From: Pseudomonadota bacterium | GTDB taxonomy: Bacteria; Pseudomonadota; Alphaproteobacteria; Paracaedibacterales; CAIOTO01 | DNA: 64,000 bases | Reading direction: 5' to 3' | NCBI GenBank assembly: GCA_040387495.1 | Contig: JAZKDQ010000006.1 | Location: 49,391-113,390 of the forward strand | Shown: positions 28,261-37,951 of the stretch, in pieces | Numbering within the stretch: position 1 is the first letter of the stretch | Layout: the number at the start of each line of letters is the position of its first letter | Translations under genes and position numbers: made by a program | Notes under the pieces: generated by a model | Seen by the model: the letters and a program-made list of their open reading frames with translations, nothing else | What the model was told of the DNA's origin: nothing | The model's database searches: none

Positions 28261-28875
28261 TTAACGTGAATAAAATTCAACAACTAAGTGTGGTTCCATT
28301 TGCACAGGATATGGCACATCAGAATGCTTTGGCGTACGAACAAACGTACCCTTCATCGTTTTATGATCAACGTTCATGTATTCAGGAACATCACGTTCTG
28401 CGAGTTGTGCTGCACCCAATACAACTGCATTTTCTTTCATCGATGTCGTAATTGAAATCTCATCACCTTCTTTTACGAGGTATGATGGAATGTTTACGCG
28501 TTTGCCATTTACTGAAATATGACCATGGTTTACGATCTGACGTGCAGCAAAAACAGTTGCTACAAATTTCATACGGTATACAACCGCATCTAAACGACGC
28601 TCAAGCAAACCAATCATGTTTTCTGACGTATCGCCCTTGCGACGCACAGCTTCATCATACACGCGGCGGAATTGACGTTCGCTGATGTTACCATAGTAGC
28701 CCTTAAGCTTTTGTTTTGCACGTAACTGAACACCATAGTCAGATGGTTTTGAACGTTGTTGTCCGTGTTGCCCAGGGCCATAATTGCGGCTGTTAAATGG
28801 GCTTTTTGCACGACCCCACAGGTTTACGCCCAAACGGCGGTCGATTTTGTGTTTTGCTGTGACTCGCTTTGTCAT
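28261..28875 (-). CDS. rpsD: 30S ribosomal protein S4
   Basis: 204 aa. [22 protein letters not shown]..., S4 RNA-binding domain [14 protein letters not shown]...[22 protein letters not shown]. Confidence 0.95.
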   Translation of the reverse strand: MTKRVTAKHKIDRRLGVNLWGRAKSPFNSRNYGPGQHGQQRSKPSDYGVQLRAKQKLKGYYGNISERQFRRVYDEAVRRKGDTSENMIGLLERRLDAVVYRMKFVATVFAARQIVNHGHISVNGKRVNIPSYLVKEGDEISITTSMKENAVVLGAAQLAERDVPEYMNVDHKTMKGTFVRTPKHSDVPYPVQMEPHLVVEFYSR

Positions 28876-29106
28876 TGATAAGCCTTATCTCAAGTAATAT
28901 ATTTTCAAATAGAAGTTCCAAATTAATGACATGTTTTTTTTGTTTTGTCAATATTCAACGTTGCTTTTTTACAGACAAAACATTTTTATTTTGCTAAATG
29001 ATGTTTTTGGCGACAATAATTAATAAAAAACGACGACCAAACATGTTGATCGTCGTGCAATTATTACTTAGCTAATATTGGCTAAATTAACGTCAGTTGA
29101 TGCTTA

Positions 29107-29697
29107 TTAACCAGCAACTTGAGCATCATTTTCGTCATCAATAGAAGAAACTTTCATATAAGCTTTTGCTTCTCTTGACATAATTGCTTTTACTTCAGGC
29201 TTTTTGAGATCATCTTCTGATAAATGATTTAACCACTTGCCAGTATTTTTGAATTTGCCTTCAGTTGCATCAGATGCAGCTTGTTTTTCATCAGCTGATG
29301 CTGTGCTTTTCACTGGCAAAGACATCATTCTGAACATTTGTGCTGACATTGCGTAAGAAGCACGTTCGCAGCTTTTGCCTTTTTTGTTTGCAGACATATC
29401 TGGCAACATACACCACTTTTTATAACCTGCAGCAGAGCAACGCAAAATTTGCATTGGTGTTGTTTTACACTTATCAGAGCATTCTTGAAATTTATTTTCA
29501 TTTGAAGAGCATGCATTTGCACTGCAGTTCTCATTACATTGTGCTGCAGTCCATTTGCCACCAGGTGTATTTGCTGATGCTTTTGGTGATACTTTTGCCT
29601 TTTTTGCAGGTGGAGCCATGCCTTCTTCTTCAGCAAAAGTTGAGCTCGCGAAACCAATAGCCAATAATGCAGCCATAATCATTTTAATTTTTAACAT
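29107..29697 (-). CDS. Hypothetical secreted Cys-rich protein
   Basis: 196 aa. The signal peptide is MLKIKMIMAALLAIGFASSTFAEEEG. About 10 Cys cluster in the first half (CNENCSANACSS...CSDKCK...C...C). No recognisable family. Confidence 0.6.
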   Translation of the reverse strand: MLKIKMIMAALLAIGFASSTFAEEEGMAPPAKKAKVSPKASANTPGGKWTAAQCNENCSANACSSNENKFQECSDKCKTTPMQILRCSAAGYKKWCMLPDMSANKKGKSCERASYAMSAQMFRMMSLPVKSTASADEKQAASDATEGKFKNTGKWLNHLSEDDLKKPEVKAIMSREAKAYMKVSSIDDENDAQVAG

Positions 29698-30091
29698 GTT
29701 TAATACCTTCCTATATAATTAAACAACCAATACTACACTTTAAGATCATTAAAACTGCTATGCAGAGTATAATTTATATCTCAACGTGCGGTTAACAAGA
29801 TCACGATATCACAGTGACCCTTAAGAAAAGGTTAACGTGGTAACTTTTTATTTACAATAGATAAATTTTTAATAAATTTACTTTTATTAATTTTCAGCCA
29901 CAGCATAACATTTCTGTCCTTGGATTTGATCCCTATGGATAACCGCAAGCTTTCTATCTCAGACATGAACTAATTTGCATGCGTGACATCTCTGCATCTT
30001 GCTAACAATACAAAACTTAAGATCCCAGATAACGTTACGTTACCTAAGTTGGAAGTGGCATAAAATGATAAGAAAGGGTTTAAGAAAAGTT

Positions 30092-31117
30092 TTACCAGCG
30101 AATAATAGCAGAAGCCCATGTTAGCCCGCCACCCATAGCTTCTATCAGCACAAGCTGTCCTGGCTTAATACGCCCGTCAGTGACAGCCTCGTACAAAGCA
30201 AGTGGAATAGACGCGGCCGATGTATTCGCGTGTTTATCGACAGTTATAACTACCTTTTCAGGAGGCAAGTGAAAATGGTCAATGACGCCTGCTATGATGC
30301 GTTCATTCGCTTGATGCGGAACAAACCAATCAATATCATCAACTGTTAGCTTATTCGCGGCGAGCGCTTTTTCAACGGCTTCACCAATTTTCTTAACGGC
30401 ACTTTTGAATATTTCACGCCCATTCATAACGACAGCGCCACGCATATTTGGTGTATCAATGGTATGGTCAACATAAAGCAAATCATATCCACATCCATCA
30501 GAATAAAGATGAGTTGACAATACGCCACGTTTATCAGCATTACGTGATTTGGTACTATTCGTATTTGCACTTTGAATATGTGATGATATCTCTTTATCAA
30601 GTTCCGTTGCTTTTAATACAAGCGCTGCAGCACCATCACCAAAAAGCACACATGTACCGCGATCGTTCCAGTCAACAATGCGTGACATAGATTCAGCGCC
30701 AATTAAAAGAACTGTTTTTGCTTGACCTACTTTGATAAAATTATCAGCAACACTTAAAGCATATACAAATCCAGAACAAACAGCCTGCACATCAAAAGCA
30801 AAAGCATTTGATGCCCCAATCAGAGCCTGCACACGTGTAGCCGTTGCGGGGAATCCATTATCAGGTGTCGTAGTCGCAAGAATAATCGCATCTACTTCCG
30901 TGGCACGAATACCTGCTTTGAAAAGTGCTTGTTTAGCCGCATTTGCGGCCATGTATGCTGTTGTTTCTTCACTATTGGCTGTATGACGCTGTGTTATGCC
31001 AGTACGTTCACGAATCCATTCATCAGATGTATTAAGATGCTTCGGTAAATCAGTGTTTTTAACACAATTTTTAGGTAGATAATGCCCAATACCGGCAACA
31101 CATGAACGAAAAGTCAT
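30092..31117 (-). CDS. fabH: Beta-ketoacyl-ACP synthase III
   Basis: 341 aa. Active-site region AFDVQAVCSGFVYAL, PHQAN, GNTSAAS, and C-terminal EAMGGGLTWASAIIRW. It carries an extra loop of about 22 aa compared with E. coli FabH. Confidence 0.9.
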   Translation of the reverse strand: MTFRSCVAGIGHYLPKNCVKNTDLPKHLNTSDEWIRERTGITQRHTANSEETTAYMAANAAKQALFKAGIRATEVDAIILATTTPDNGFPATATRVQALIGASNAFAFDVQAVCSGFVYALSVADNFIKVGQAKTVLLIGAESMSRIVDWNDRGTCVLFGDGAAALVLKATELDKEISSHIQSANTNSTKSRNADKRGVLSTHLYSDGCGYDLLYVDHTIDTPNMRGAVVMNGREIFKSAVKKIGEAVEKALAANKLTVDDIDWFVPHQANERIIAGVIDHFHLPPEKVVITVDKHANTSAASIPLALYEAVTDGRIKPGQLVLIEAMGGGLTWASAIIRW

Positions 31118-31142
31118 TGGTCGTTGTTCCTACTTTTTTGAT

Positions 31143-32252
31143 TCAAGTTAAAGTTGGCTCAGATGATTCTTTATTAGATAGAGCTTCAACGTGTTGTGCC
31201 TGTGCTGCTTGATCAAGTTTCATTTGTTCTTGTTGTGTTTGCAATAAGGTGAGCCTTGCTTGCACGCTCTCAATAAAATTGCTTTTAACCATATTGATAG
31301 CAACGCCAACAGCATTTGCAAATCCTATAGCATCCGTGCCACCGTGGCTTTTTACAGCAATATGACGTAGACCAAGAAAAACAGCACCATTATAATAACG
31401 TGCATCACTCACTTGTTTTACACGATCGAAAGCAGGCTTGGCAACAAGGTAGCCAAGTTTACCGCGCCATGATGAAGACATGCATGTTTGCAGGATATGA
31501 CGCACAAAACGGGTCGTTCCTTCGATGGCCTTGAGGGCAATATTACCTGAAAAACCATCTGTGACTACAACATCGGTTGTTCCAGCCATAATATCATCGC
31601 CTTCAACGAAACCATGAAAATTAAAATTCGGTATGCCGCGCAGCAATTGAAATGCTTCCTGAACACCAGCATGCCCTTTAAGCTCTTCTGAACCAACATT
31701 AAGTAAACCAACGGTTGGTCTATCAATGTTGAAAATTTTGGCAGCAAAAGCTTCGCCCATAAGAGCAAACTGCACGAGATTAATAGGAGAACATTCAATA
31801 TTAGCACCTAAATCAAGTACAATAGTACGGCCATGGCTGCTTGTTGTAGGCAGAACTGCAGGAATTGCTGGGCGATTAATCCCATCAAGTGTTTTTAAAA
31901 TGACTTTTGATAAAGCCATATAGGCCCCTGTATTGCCTGCTGAAACAACAGCATGGGCACGACCTTCACGCACTGCATCAATGGCCATTCCAAGATTAGA
32001 CTTACGCCCACTTCGAACCGCAACGGCAGGTTTTGTATAATTTGTTACAATTATATCTGTATGGATAACTTCACTGCATGCTTTTAGGAGCGGTGCTGTT
32101 TCAAGCGCGCTTTGAATGCTCGGTGCATCACCATACAGTAAAAAACGCAAGTCTTTTACTTGCGTTTTCTTGAGTGCCAATTCTGTACCGGGGATAACCA
32201 TGGATACACCAAGATCCCCGCCCATGGCATCAATTGCGAGCGTGAAAGACAT
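31143..32252 (-). CDS. plsX: Phosphate acyltransferase PlsX
   Basis: 369 aa. IAIDAMGGD, SAGNTGA and SHGGTD motifs. It sits in the canonical rpmF-plsX-fabH order. Confidence 0.9.
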   Translation of the reverse strand: MSFTLAIDAMGGDLGVSMVIPGTELALKKTQVKDLRFLLYGDAPSIQSALETAPLLKACSEVIHTDIIVTNYTKPAVAVRSGRKSNLGMAIDAVREGRAHAVVSAGNTGAYMALSKVILKTLDGINRPAIPAVLPTTSSHGRTIVLDLGANIECSPINLVQFALMGEAFAAKIFNIDRPTVGLLNVGSEELKGHAGVQEAFQLLRGIPNFNFHGFVEGDDIMAGTTDVVVTDGFSGNIALKAIEGTTRFVRHILQTCMSSSWRGKLGYLVAKPAFDRVKQVSDARYYNGAVFLGLRHIAVKSHGGTDAIGFANAVGVAINMVKSNFIESVQARLTLLQTQQEQMKLDQAAQAQHVEALSNKESSEPTLT

Positions 32253-32449
32253 TAGCTCTCGTCAACAGTTGATGCCTTTAATTTCAATACTTGGCGGCCA
32301 TTATAATGACCGCAGCTTTGGCACACATGATGTGGAAGTTTACGTGCGCCACAATTTGTGCATTCTGCTGTATTGATTGGCGCCAAGTGGTGATGCGAGC
32401 GGCGCATACCCTGACGGGAAACGGATGTTTTCTTCTTTGGAACTGCCAT
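32252..32449 (-). CDS. rpmF: 50S ribosomal protein L32
   Basis: 65 aa. [22 protein letters not shown]... with CxxC...CxxC zinc ribbon. Confidence 0.9.
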   Translation of the reverse strand: MAVPKKKTSVSRQGMRRSHHHLAPINTAECTNCGARKLPHHVCQSCGHYNGRQVLKLKASTVDES

Positions 32450-32679
32450 GAATAACCTCTCTCATGATTGAGAAAAAAATATAAAACTTAACTCCGAACA
32501 ATACAGATTTTTATGAAAAAAATCAAGCCCCTTGTTTCCTGTTTTTATTTTATCGGCTAATTTTGCTTTAAAATTAATTTTTTAGCTGTTGTTATTTAGG
32601 AGTATATAAAAAATGGAGTAGCATCGATCATGCTTCTTGGCGTATAGTGTGCATAGATTTTTTAAAATAATAAAATTAT

Positions 32680-33450
32680 ATGCGTATCTTATTATCCAAT
32701 GACGACGGTATTAACGGCCACGGTCTAAAAGTACTTGAAAAAATAGCACGCACGCTTTCAGATGATGTGTGGATTGTCGCCCCTGAGCTTGATCAAAGTG
32801 GTTCGAGTCATTCACTTACACTACGCGACCCCCTGCGCATCCGCGAGATTTCTCCAAAGAAATATGCAGTCTCAGGCACCCCAACAGATTGCGTGATGCT
32901 TGCAGTATCACATCTTATGAAAGACAAAAGACCTGATTTACTGTTGTCGGGCATTAACTATGGCGCCAACATTGCCGAAGATGTTACCTATTCAGGTACA
33001 ATTGCAGCAGCAATTGAAGGTGCTCTCTTAAACATTCGATCAATTGCTTTTAGTGTTAACATTCAATATGGGAGCCCAGCCAAATGGGCAACGGCTGAGC
33101 ACTTCGGCCCAGAAATTTTAAAAACAGCATCTGCCATACCGCTCGAAAAAAATGTAATTATTAACGTTAATTTCCCCGATGTAATTGTATCTTCTGTAAA
33201 AGGGATCCGCATAACAACGCAAGGGCATCGCTCTGGTGAAGATGAGCTTGTGGAATGTAAAGATCCGCGTGGAAAGTCTTATTTTTGGATGGGTGCAGGT
33301 ATGTATCGTTACTCTCCCGATCCATCGGCGCTCGAGTCAGGATCTGACCTTGAGGCGATTCATGATGGGTACATATCAATTACACCATTGACTCTCAATT
33401 TAACGCATGAGAAAACGTTAAGCAGCTTGAAAGGTGCTTTTGGACTATGA
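32680..33450 (+). CDS. surE: 5'/3'-nucleotidase SurE
   Basis: 256 aa. MRILLSNDDGI, SGINYGAN and YSGTIAAA motifs. Confidence 0.9.
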   Translation: MRILLSNDDGINGHGLKVLEKIARTLSDDVWIVAPELDQSGSSHSLTLRDPLRIREISPKKYAVSGTPTDCVMLAVSHLMKDKRPDLLLSGINYGANIAEDVTYSGTIAAAIEGALLNIRSIAFSVNIQYGSPAKWATAEHFGPEILKTASAIPLEKNVIINVNFPDVIVSSVKGIRITTQGHRSGEDELVECKDPRGKSYFWMGAGMYRYSPDPSALESGSDLEAIHDGYISITPLTLNLTHEKTLSSLKGAFGL

Positions 33451-34364
33451 AATTCTTTTCTCTAAATGAAAAACTAATTATTTCGTTGATGTTTTTGTTG
33501 TCATTAACAGCATGTAGTGATCGTGAAAATGGCCCATCTGAAATCGTGAATGCACGCCCTATATCACCGTATTATTTTGTAAAAAAAGGTGAGACTTTAG
33601 CCGACGTAGCAGCAAAGCATTCCATGAAGGAGGAAGAGCTAATTTCACTTAACAACCTGAAACCCCCTTACACATTGTTCGAGCGGCAACGTATTCTAGT
33701 TCGCATACTTGGAAAAAATAATGCGGATTATACAAAACCAGGTGGTGACATTATGGTCAAGGAACTAGATGTTGAAGGACAAAAAGATATCAATGCTGAG
33801 GATAATAAGGATAAAGACAAGGATGCTGCGGTAGATCCAATGGCTTCCTCAGATAGCACGTTGAATGATGCTGGCGCAATTGATACTGTTGATTCGACGT
33901 TATCATCCGGCGCTTCTTCCGGCAAAGAAGCTTTGGTGTCAAAAGGAGTCGCTGCAAAAAGTGCAGGCGCTGCTGCAGCACCCGTTGCTTTTGATTGGCC
34001 AGTAAAAGGAAAGATATTAACAAAATTTGGAAAAAAGATGCCAGATGGAACCCTTAGCGATAGCTTACAAATTGATGCACCTGTTGGCACAAAAGTAAAG
34101 GCAGCAGCGGCTGGTAAAGTTCAAAAGGCAGGTGAAACACTTCCTGGATTTGGAAAAATTGTTGTTGTTAAGCATGCCGATGGAAAATTATCGTTGTATG
34201 CACATTTAAAAGAAGTATCAGCAAAGACAGGCCAACAGATTGCGCAAGGGCAAGAGCTTGGGCGTGTAGGTAAAAATGGTGCGCAACCAATGCTATTATT
34301 CCAAGTTAGGAAAATGGTCGGAAAGAAATTTGTTCCAGTAGATCCAACACAATTCTTACCATAA
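33447..34364 (+). CDS. LysM + M23 peptidase lipoprotein (NlpD-like)
   Basis: 305 aa. Lipobox LSLTAC. LysM segment YFVKKGETLADVAAKHSMKEEELISLNNL. C-terminal M23 segment ...VVVKHADGKLSLYAHL.... It overlaps the surE stop by 4 nt. Confidence 0.85.
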   Translation: MKFFSLNEKLIISLMFLLSLTACSDRENGPSEIVNARPISPYYFVKKGETLADVAAKHSMKEEELISLNNLKPPYTLFERQRILVRILGKNNADYTKPGGDIMVKELDVEGQKDINAEDNKDKDKDAAVDPMASSDSTLNDAGAIDTVDSTLSSGASSGKEALVSKGVAAKSAGAAAAPVAFDWPVKGKILTKFGKKMPDGTLSDSLQIDAPVGTKVKAAAAGKVQKAGETLPGFGKIVVVKHADGKLSLYAHLKEVSAKTGQQIAQGQELGRVGKNGAQPMLLFQVRKMVGKKFVPVDPTQFLP

Positions 34365-34496
34365 CTAGAATGAGCAAGAGCCCAGCGGACTCTTGCCACT
34401 CATTTACGGTAATAATTCTTGCTCTACTATTTATGGCTAACCATCAAGACAGCAATTTCAGAACTAGGAGTACTCAGTTTTTTACTGGAATAGTTA

Positions 34497-34793
34497 CTAG
34501 CGTGCTTCTGCATGGTGTTCTTGGCTATCACGAGCAGCATTTTCCGGTTTTGGGTTAGCTTCCATTACACGTATTTGGCGTCCAGCAACGTCAATGCCAT
34601 TGAGAGCAGCCATTGCTTTTTGGGCTTCTTCAGAGCTTAGCATTTCCACAAAACCAAAACCTTTGCTTCGTCCTGAAAAGCGATCCATCACAACTTTTGC
34701 TGATACAACTGAACCAAAACTAGCAAAAACTTCTTGCAACTCTGCATCGCGCATGGTAAATGATAAATTGCTGACATATAACTTGTTATTCAT
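34497..34793 (-). CDS. RRM-type RNA-binding protein
   Basis: 98 aa. RNP-2 KLYVSNL and RNP-1 KGFGFVEM motifs. Confidence 0.85.
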   Translation of the reverse strand: MNNKLYVSNLSFTMRDAELQEVFASFGSVVSAKVVMDRFSGRSKGFGFVEMLSSEEAQKAMAALNGIDVAGRQIRVMEANPKPENAARDSQEHHAEAR

Positions 34794-35036
34794 AACTGCT
34801 CCTTAAAAAATCAATGACTGTAGTGTTCAATGGCATAAATGCTCCTTGATCGACCGTCATGATTAGAATAAATCGACAATAGTTAAAATCGAGTAAAGGC
34901 AGAAAAAAATAATGTGAGAATGTGCATTTTTTTGTTGAATCAGATCCTTGTGTTCTACTAAATATATTTGAACCTATTCTTAATCCAGAAAAATCTTGAT
35001 TTATCACTTAAGTTACCTTATGTTCAAAAGTGCAAT

Positions 35037-35112
35037 GTCCCCTTCGTCTAGTGGCCTAGGATACCACCCTCTCACGGTGTAGACACGGGTTCGACTCCCG
35101 TAGGGGACGCCA
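35037..35112 (+). tRNA. tRNA-Glu (anticodon CUC)
   Basis: GTCCCCT acceptor stem pairs with AGGGGAC. The anticodon stem CCACC/GGTGT has loop CT-CTC-AC. T-arm is ACGGG-TTCGACT-CCCGT. A 3-prime GCCA is encoded. Confidence 0.9.
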
Positions 35113-35182
35113 AATTTCAGTCTTATGATGTCCAGTATTGTTTTAAAATTCCTATAAATACGATTACGAAAAACATATAACA

Positions 35183-35935
35183 ATGCTCACAGACCCTCCC
35201 CGTCCCTTTTGGCAACATGTGGCAGAACTGCGCACTGCAGTTATTATTTCGCTGACATTCTTTCTGATTGGCACAGGCGTTGCTTATTTTTTATCTGAAC
35301 CCATTTTTCATATTCTTGTGTCACCGCTGGAACAACTCTTCGCAATCAAAGGCGAGGCACGTCGATTCATATACACCAACCTTACCGAAGCATTTGTCAC
35401 TTATCTTAAAGTTGCTCTCTTTGCTGGGCTATTTTTCACATTTCCTTTTATCGCACTACAAGCATGGTTATTCATTAGTCCAGGATTATTCAAACGCGAG
35501 CGAGGACTTTTTTTCGTTCTGTTATTTTCAATTCCATTCTTTTTCACTGTTGGCGCTCTTTTTGCCTACTATATTGTTTTACCTGCTGCATTTTCGTTCT
35601 TTTTAAGTTTTGAAACAATGATCGGCAGCATACCATTGCAGTTAGAAACCAGAATGAGCGAATATTTATCGCTCGTCATGCGAATGCTGTTGGCATTTGG
35701 GCTTAGTTTTGAGCTGCCTGTTATTTTAGGCGGTCTCGCTTGGCTCGGCATACTCTCGAAAGAGACATTAATCAAACCTTGGCGTTTAGCCGTTGTAGGT
35801 GTGACATTTCTTGCCGCCATTATTACGCCACCTGATGCGCTCAGCATGATTTTGCTCGCACTGCCGTTGCTATTTTTATATGCTTTATCTATTATTGTCG
35901 TTAGCTTTATAGAAAAACATAAAAACCATGCATGA
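35183..35935 (+). CDS. tatC: Sec-independent protein translocase TatC, copy 1
   Basis: 250 aa, 6 [15 protein letters not shown]..., ...PGLFKRERG... and ...ITPPDALSM... typical of TatC. It is identical to copy 2 except for residue 2. Confidence 0.85.
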   Translation: MLTDPPRPFWQHVAELRTAVIISLTFFLIGTGVAYFLSEPIFHILVSPLEQLFAIKGEARRFIYTNLTEAFVTYLKVALFAGLFFTFPFIALQAWLFISPGLFKRERGLFFVLLFSIPFFFTVGALFAYYIVLPAAFSFFLSFETMIGSIPLQLETRMSEYLSLVMRMLLAFGLSFELPVILGGLAWLGILSKETLIKPWRLAVVGVTFLAAIITPPDALSMILLALPLLFLYALSIIVVSFIEKHKNHA

Positions 35936-35989
35936 CATTAAATTTATTCGCAGCACCCCTGATCAATTCAACGCCGGCCTTGCGCGTCG
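35928..35989 (+). pseudogene. Truncated 5-prime fragment of serS (first 20 codons)
   Basis: [20 protein letters not shown] matches the start of the full serS at 38810. Similarity ends at 35989 and the sequence continues into IS982-type sequence. Confidence 0.8.
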
Positions 35990-36017
35990 CAAAAAGTTGA
36001 ACATTACTTTGTCTTAA

Positions 36018-36455
36018 GGCCATCCTTTTATCACACAACATGGCCCTGTTGTAGGAGATGAAGTGGCGGTTGCCAATATTGATGAACGTGGTATTCTGCC
36101 AAAGATTCTTAGCAATCGAAGTGGCATGTTGCTTGGTGATAAAGGACTCATTCATCCTACATTGGAAGCAATGCTTGCACAGCAGAATTTAAATCTACAA
36201 ACACCTTTGCGTCGGAACATGCCTGATTCGAGGCCTAAAAAACTCGTTTCTACAATGATGAATATGCGCCGCATTGTTGAGACAATGATTGGACAACTCG
36301 TCGATCTCTTTCATATACGGTCAATTAAAGCTAAAGATATATGACATTTATCCGCAAAAGTGGGACGAAAAATATTGGCTTACACTGTTTATTTTATGTT
36401 TAACTCAATCGTAAATCCTGAAACACCCCTGGCATTCAAGTTGCGACTTGATTAA
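36018..36455 (+). pseudogene. IS982-family transposase, C-terminal fragment with an internal stop
   Basis: Translation ...VAVANIDERGILPKILSNRSGMLLGDKGLIHPTLEAMLAQQNLNLQTPLRRNMPD...RRIVETMIGQLVDLFHIRSIKAKDI*HLSAKVGRKILAYTV... follows the IS982 pattern (ANV.D...L.GDKGY.S...L.TP.R.NM...R..IET...QL). The N-terminal half is absent. Confidence 0.7.
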
Positions 36456-36643
36456 AAAAAACTTGATTGCCGCGTTATATCTTACCACAATCCATTCAGT
36501 GCATCGATAAGTTCACAACAACCAAGCATCTAAAGCTTTATCTAAAAAGAAAATTCCGCTAGATTACTGTCTAAGAAGGAAAAAGTGAAATCTTTTTATT
36601 TTACTTTCTAGAATCTTCATCAATATTTTCAAAAGGCTTTCCC

Positions 36644-37951
36644 ATGCGCTTAACCTCTATAAAAATTCTGCCGCTGCTATTTACAATTTTTTGTAATGAC
36701 ATTTGCAATGCATCAACACAAGAAATTTCAAAAGATCTTGCGGTTTTGGCAAAACAATTTACAGGACGTTTTTTAAAGAATGGTTATTCACAATCTGACA
36801 TTTACGATGCATTGATTTACCTCAGGAAGCAAACTGAAATGAACATTTATGTTTACACATTTAAAAACAAAACATGGACAATGATTCCTTTTAGTCCTCA
36901 AAAAGACTGTTCAACAAACTATCCACAATCTCGATTATTACTTTCATGGCTGAATGAAAACGCAACAAAAAAGATAAAAGAAGGTTTTACCTTCTGTAGC
37001 GTCCCTCAAGAACCAATCCATGACAATAGTTGGCTGGGAGAAGAACGCCAAATAAAAATAAGGCATTTATTTGATACATGTCCAGTTTTAGCAACATGCA
37101 CTCATCCTGAGATTTTATGGACAGAAAATGCCGTACTTATTCCAGATTATTTTATTTTAAATGAAAACTATTATTCAAATTGTAATGAAATAATAAAAGA
37201 AAACAATACTTCTTTTGTGAATAGAAAACCAGTCATTTTCTTTCGCGGAGCAATAACAGGTGCCTATTCTCAGATACAATATGACATGGAAAGTATAAAA
37301 AAAGATGATCGTTTAGTGTTATTTGGCATGTCAAAAGAAAAAGAATTTATTGATGCAAAAATAACTGCTGACTATTGGCTGGATAACGAAGGAAAGGCAA
37401 CCGTAGATTTTCTAAACTGGTACAAACACAATTTAACCAGCAGAAAAAGTGCTCCCGTAGATTTTATAGCGCATGCCCAAAATAAGTATCTTATATCGAT
37501 TGATGGATTCGGAGCAGCATGGTCACGTGTCCCCTATATTTTATTTACAGGATCTGTCTTATTATTACGCGCAGATTGCAAACAATATTTTTATAAATTA
37601 CTCACGCCGAAGAAAACGCATGTTGAGATAAATCGCTATTTAACAAACATTGAAGAAGTTTACACATATCTTGAACAAAATCCTAAAGTTGCAGAATCTA
37701 TTGCCAATAACGGCAAAGCTTTTGCTGAAAAATACTTGATAAAAGACGCGATTGATACATATCTAACACATGTTATTTATGATTTAAATGAGGCATACTA
37801 TGAGCCCACGGGATGGATGAACAAAACTATTCTTGCATTCAAAAAAATAAGATTTCAAATCGCAGAAATCAAATATGCATCAAAAAGATATTTCAGAAAA
37901 CATTTAAAACCGTATTTTATGAGATTAAAATCAATAACCCATAATATTTAA
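36644..37951 (+). CDS. Glycosyltransferase family 90 (CAP10 / protein O-glucosyltransferase-like) with N-terminal signal sequence
   Basis: 435 aa. RKPVIFFRGAITG..., KYLISIDGFGAAWSRVPYILFTGSVLLL..., YFYKLLTPKKTHVEINRYLTNIEEVYTYLEQNPKVAESIANNGKAFAEKYL aligns by eye with the C-terminal catalytic region of POGLUT1/KDELC/CAP10 proteins. The gene is AT-rich. Confidence 0.75.
   Translation: MRLTSIKILPLLFTIFCNDICNASTQEISKDLAVLAKQFTGRFLKNGYSQSDIYDALIYLRKQTEMNIYVYTFKNKTWTMIPFSPQKDCSTNYPQSRLLLSWLNENATKKIKEGFTFCSVPQEPIHDNSWLGEERQIKIRHLFDTCPVLATCTHPEILWTENAVLIPDYFILNENYYSNCNEIIKENNTSFVNRKPVIFFRGAITGAYSQIQYDMESIKKDDRLVLFGMSKEKEFIDAKITADYWLDNEGKATVDFLNWYKHNLTSRKSAPVDFIAHAQNKYLISIDGFGAAWSRVPYILFTGSVLLLRADCKQYFYKLLTPKKTHVEINRYLTNIEEVYTYLEQNPKVAESIANNGKAFAEKYLIKDAIDTYLTHVIYDLNEAYYEPTGWMNKTILAFKKIRFQIAEIKYASKRYFRKHLKPYFMRLKSITHNI

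Larger units (their letters stand above)
35183..35989 (+). repeat. Direct repeat 1 (807 bp) of the tatC-serS-prime duplication
   Basis: Aligns gap-free with 38065-38871 (offset 2882). Only 4 mismatches were found by eye, all near the edges. Confidence 0.9.

Noticed and set aside
29325-29660. 110-aa (-) and 106-aa (+) ORFs overlapping the Cys-rich protein gene
   Set aside because: The 196-aa frame has a convincing signal peptide and start context. The overlapping frames have none.
34374-34396. GCAAGAG...CTCTTGC stem-loop between the convergent NlpD-like and RRM genes as a terminator
   Set aside because: The stem is only 7 bp with a 10-nt loop and has no U-tract on either strand. The support is insufficient.
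35268-35606. 112-aa (+) and 92-aa (-) ORFs nested in both tatC copies (also 38150..38488, 35569..35847, 38451..38729)
   Set aside because: They are alternative frames of a well-supported TatC gene. They appear twice only because the DNA is duplicated.
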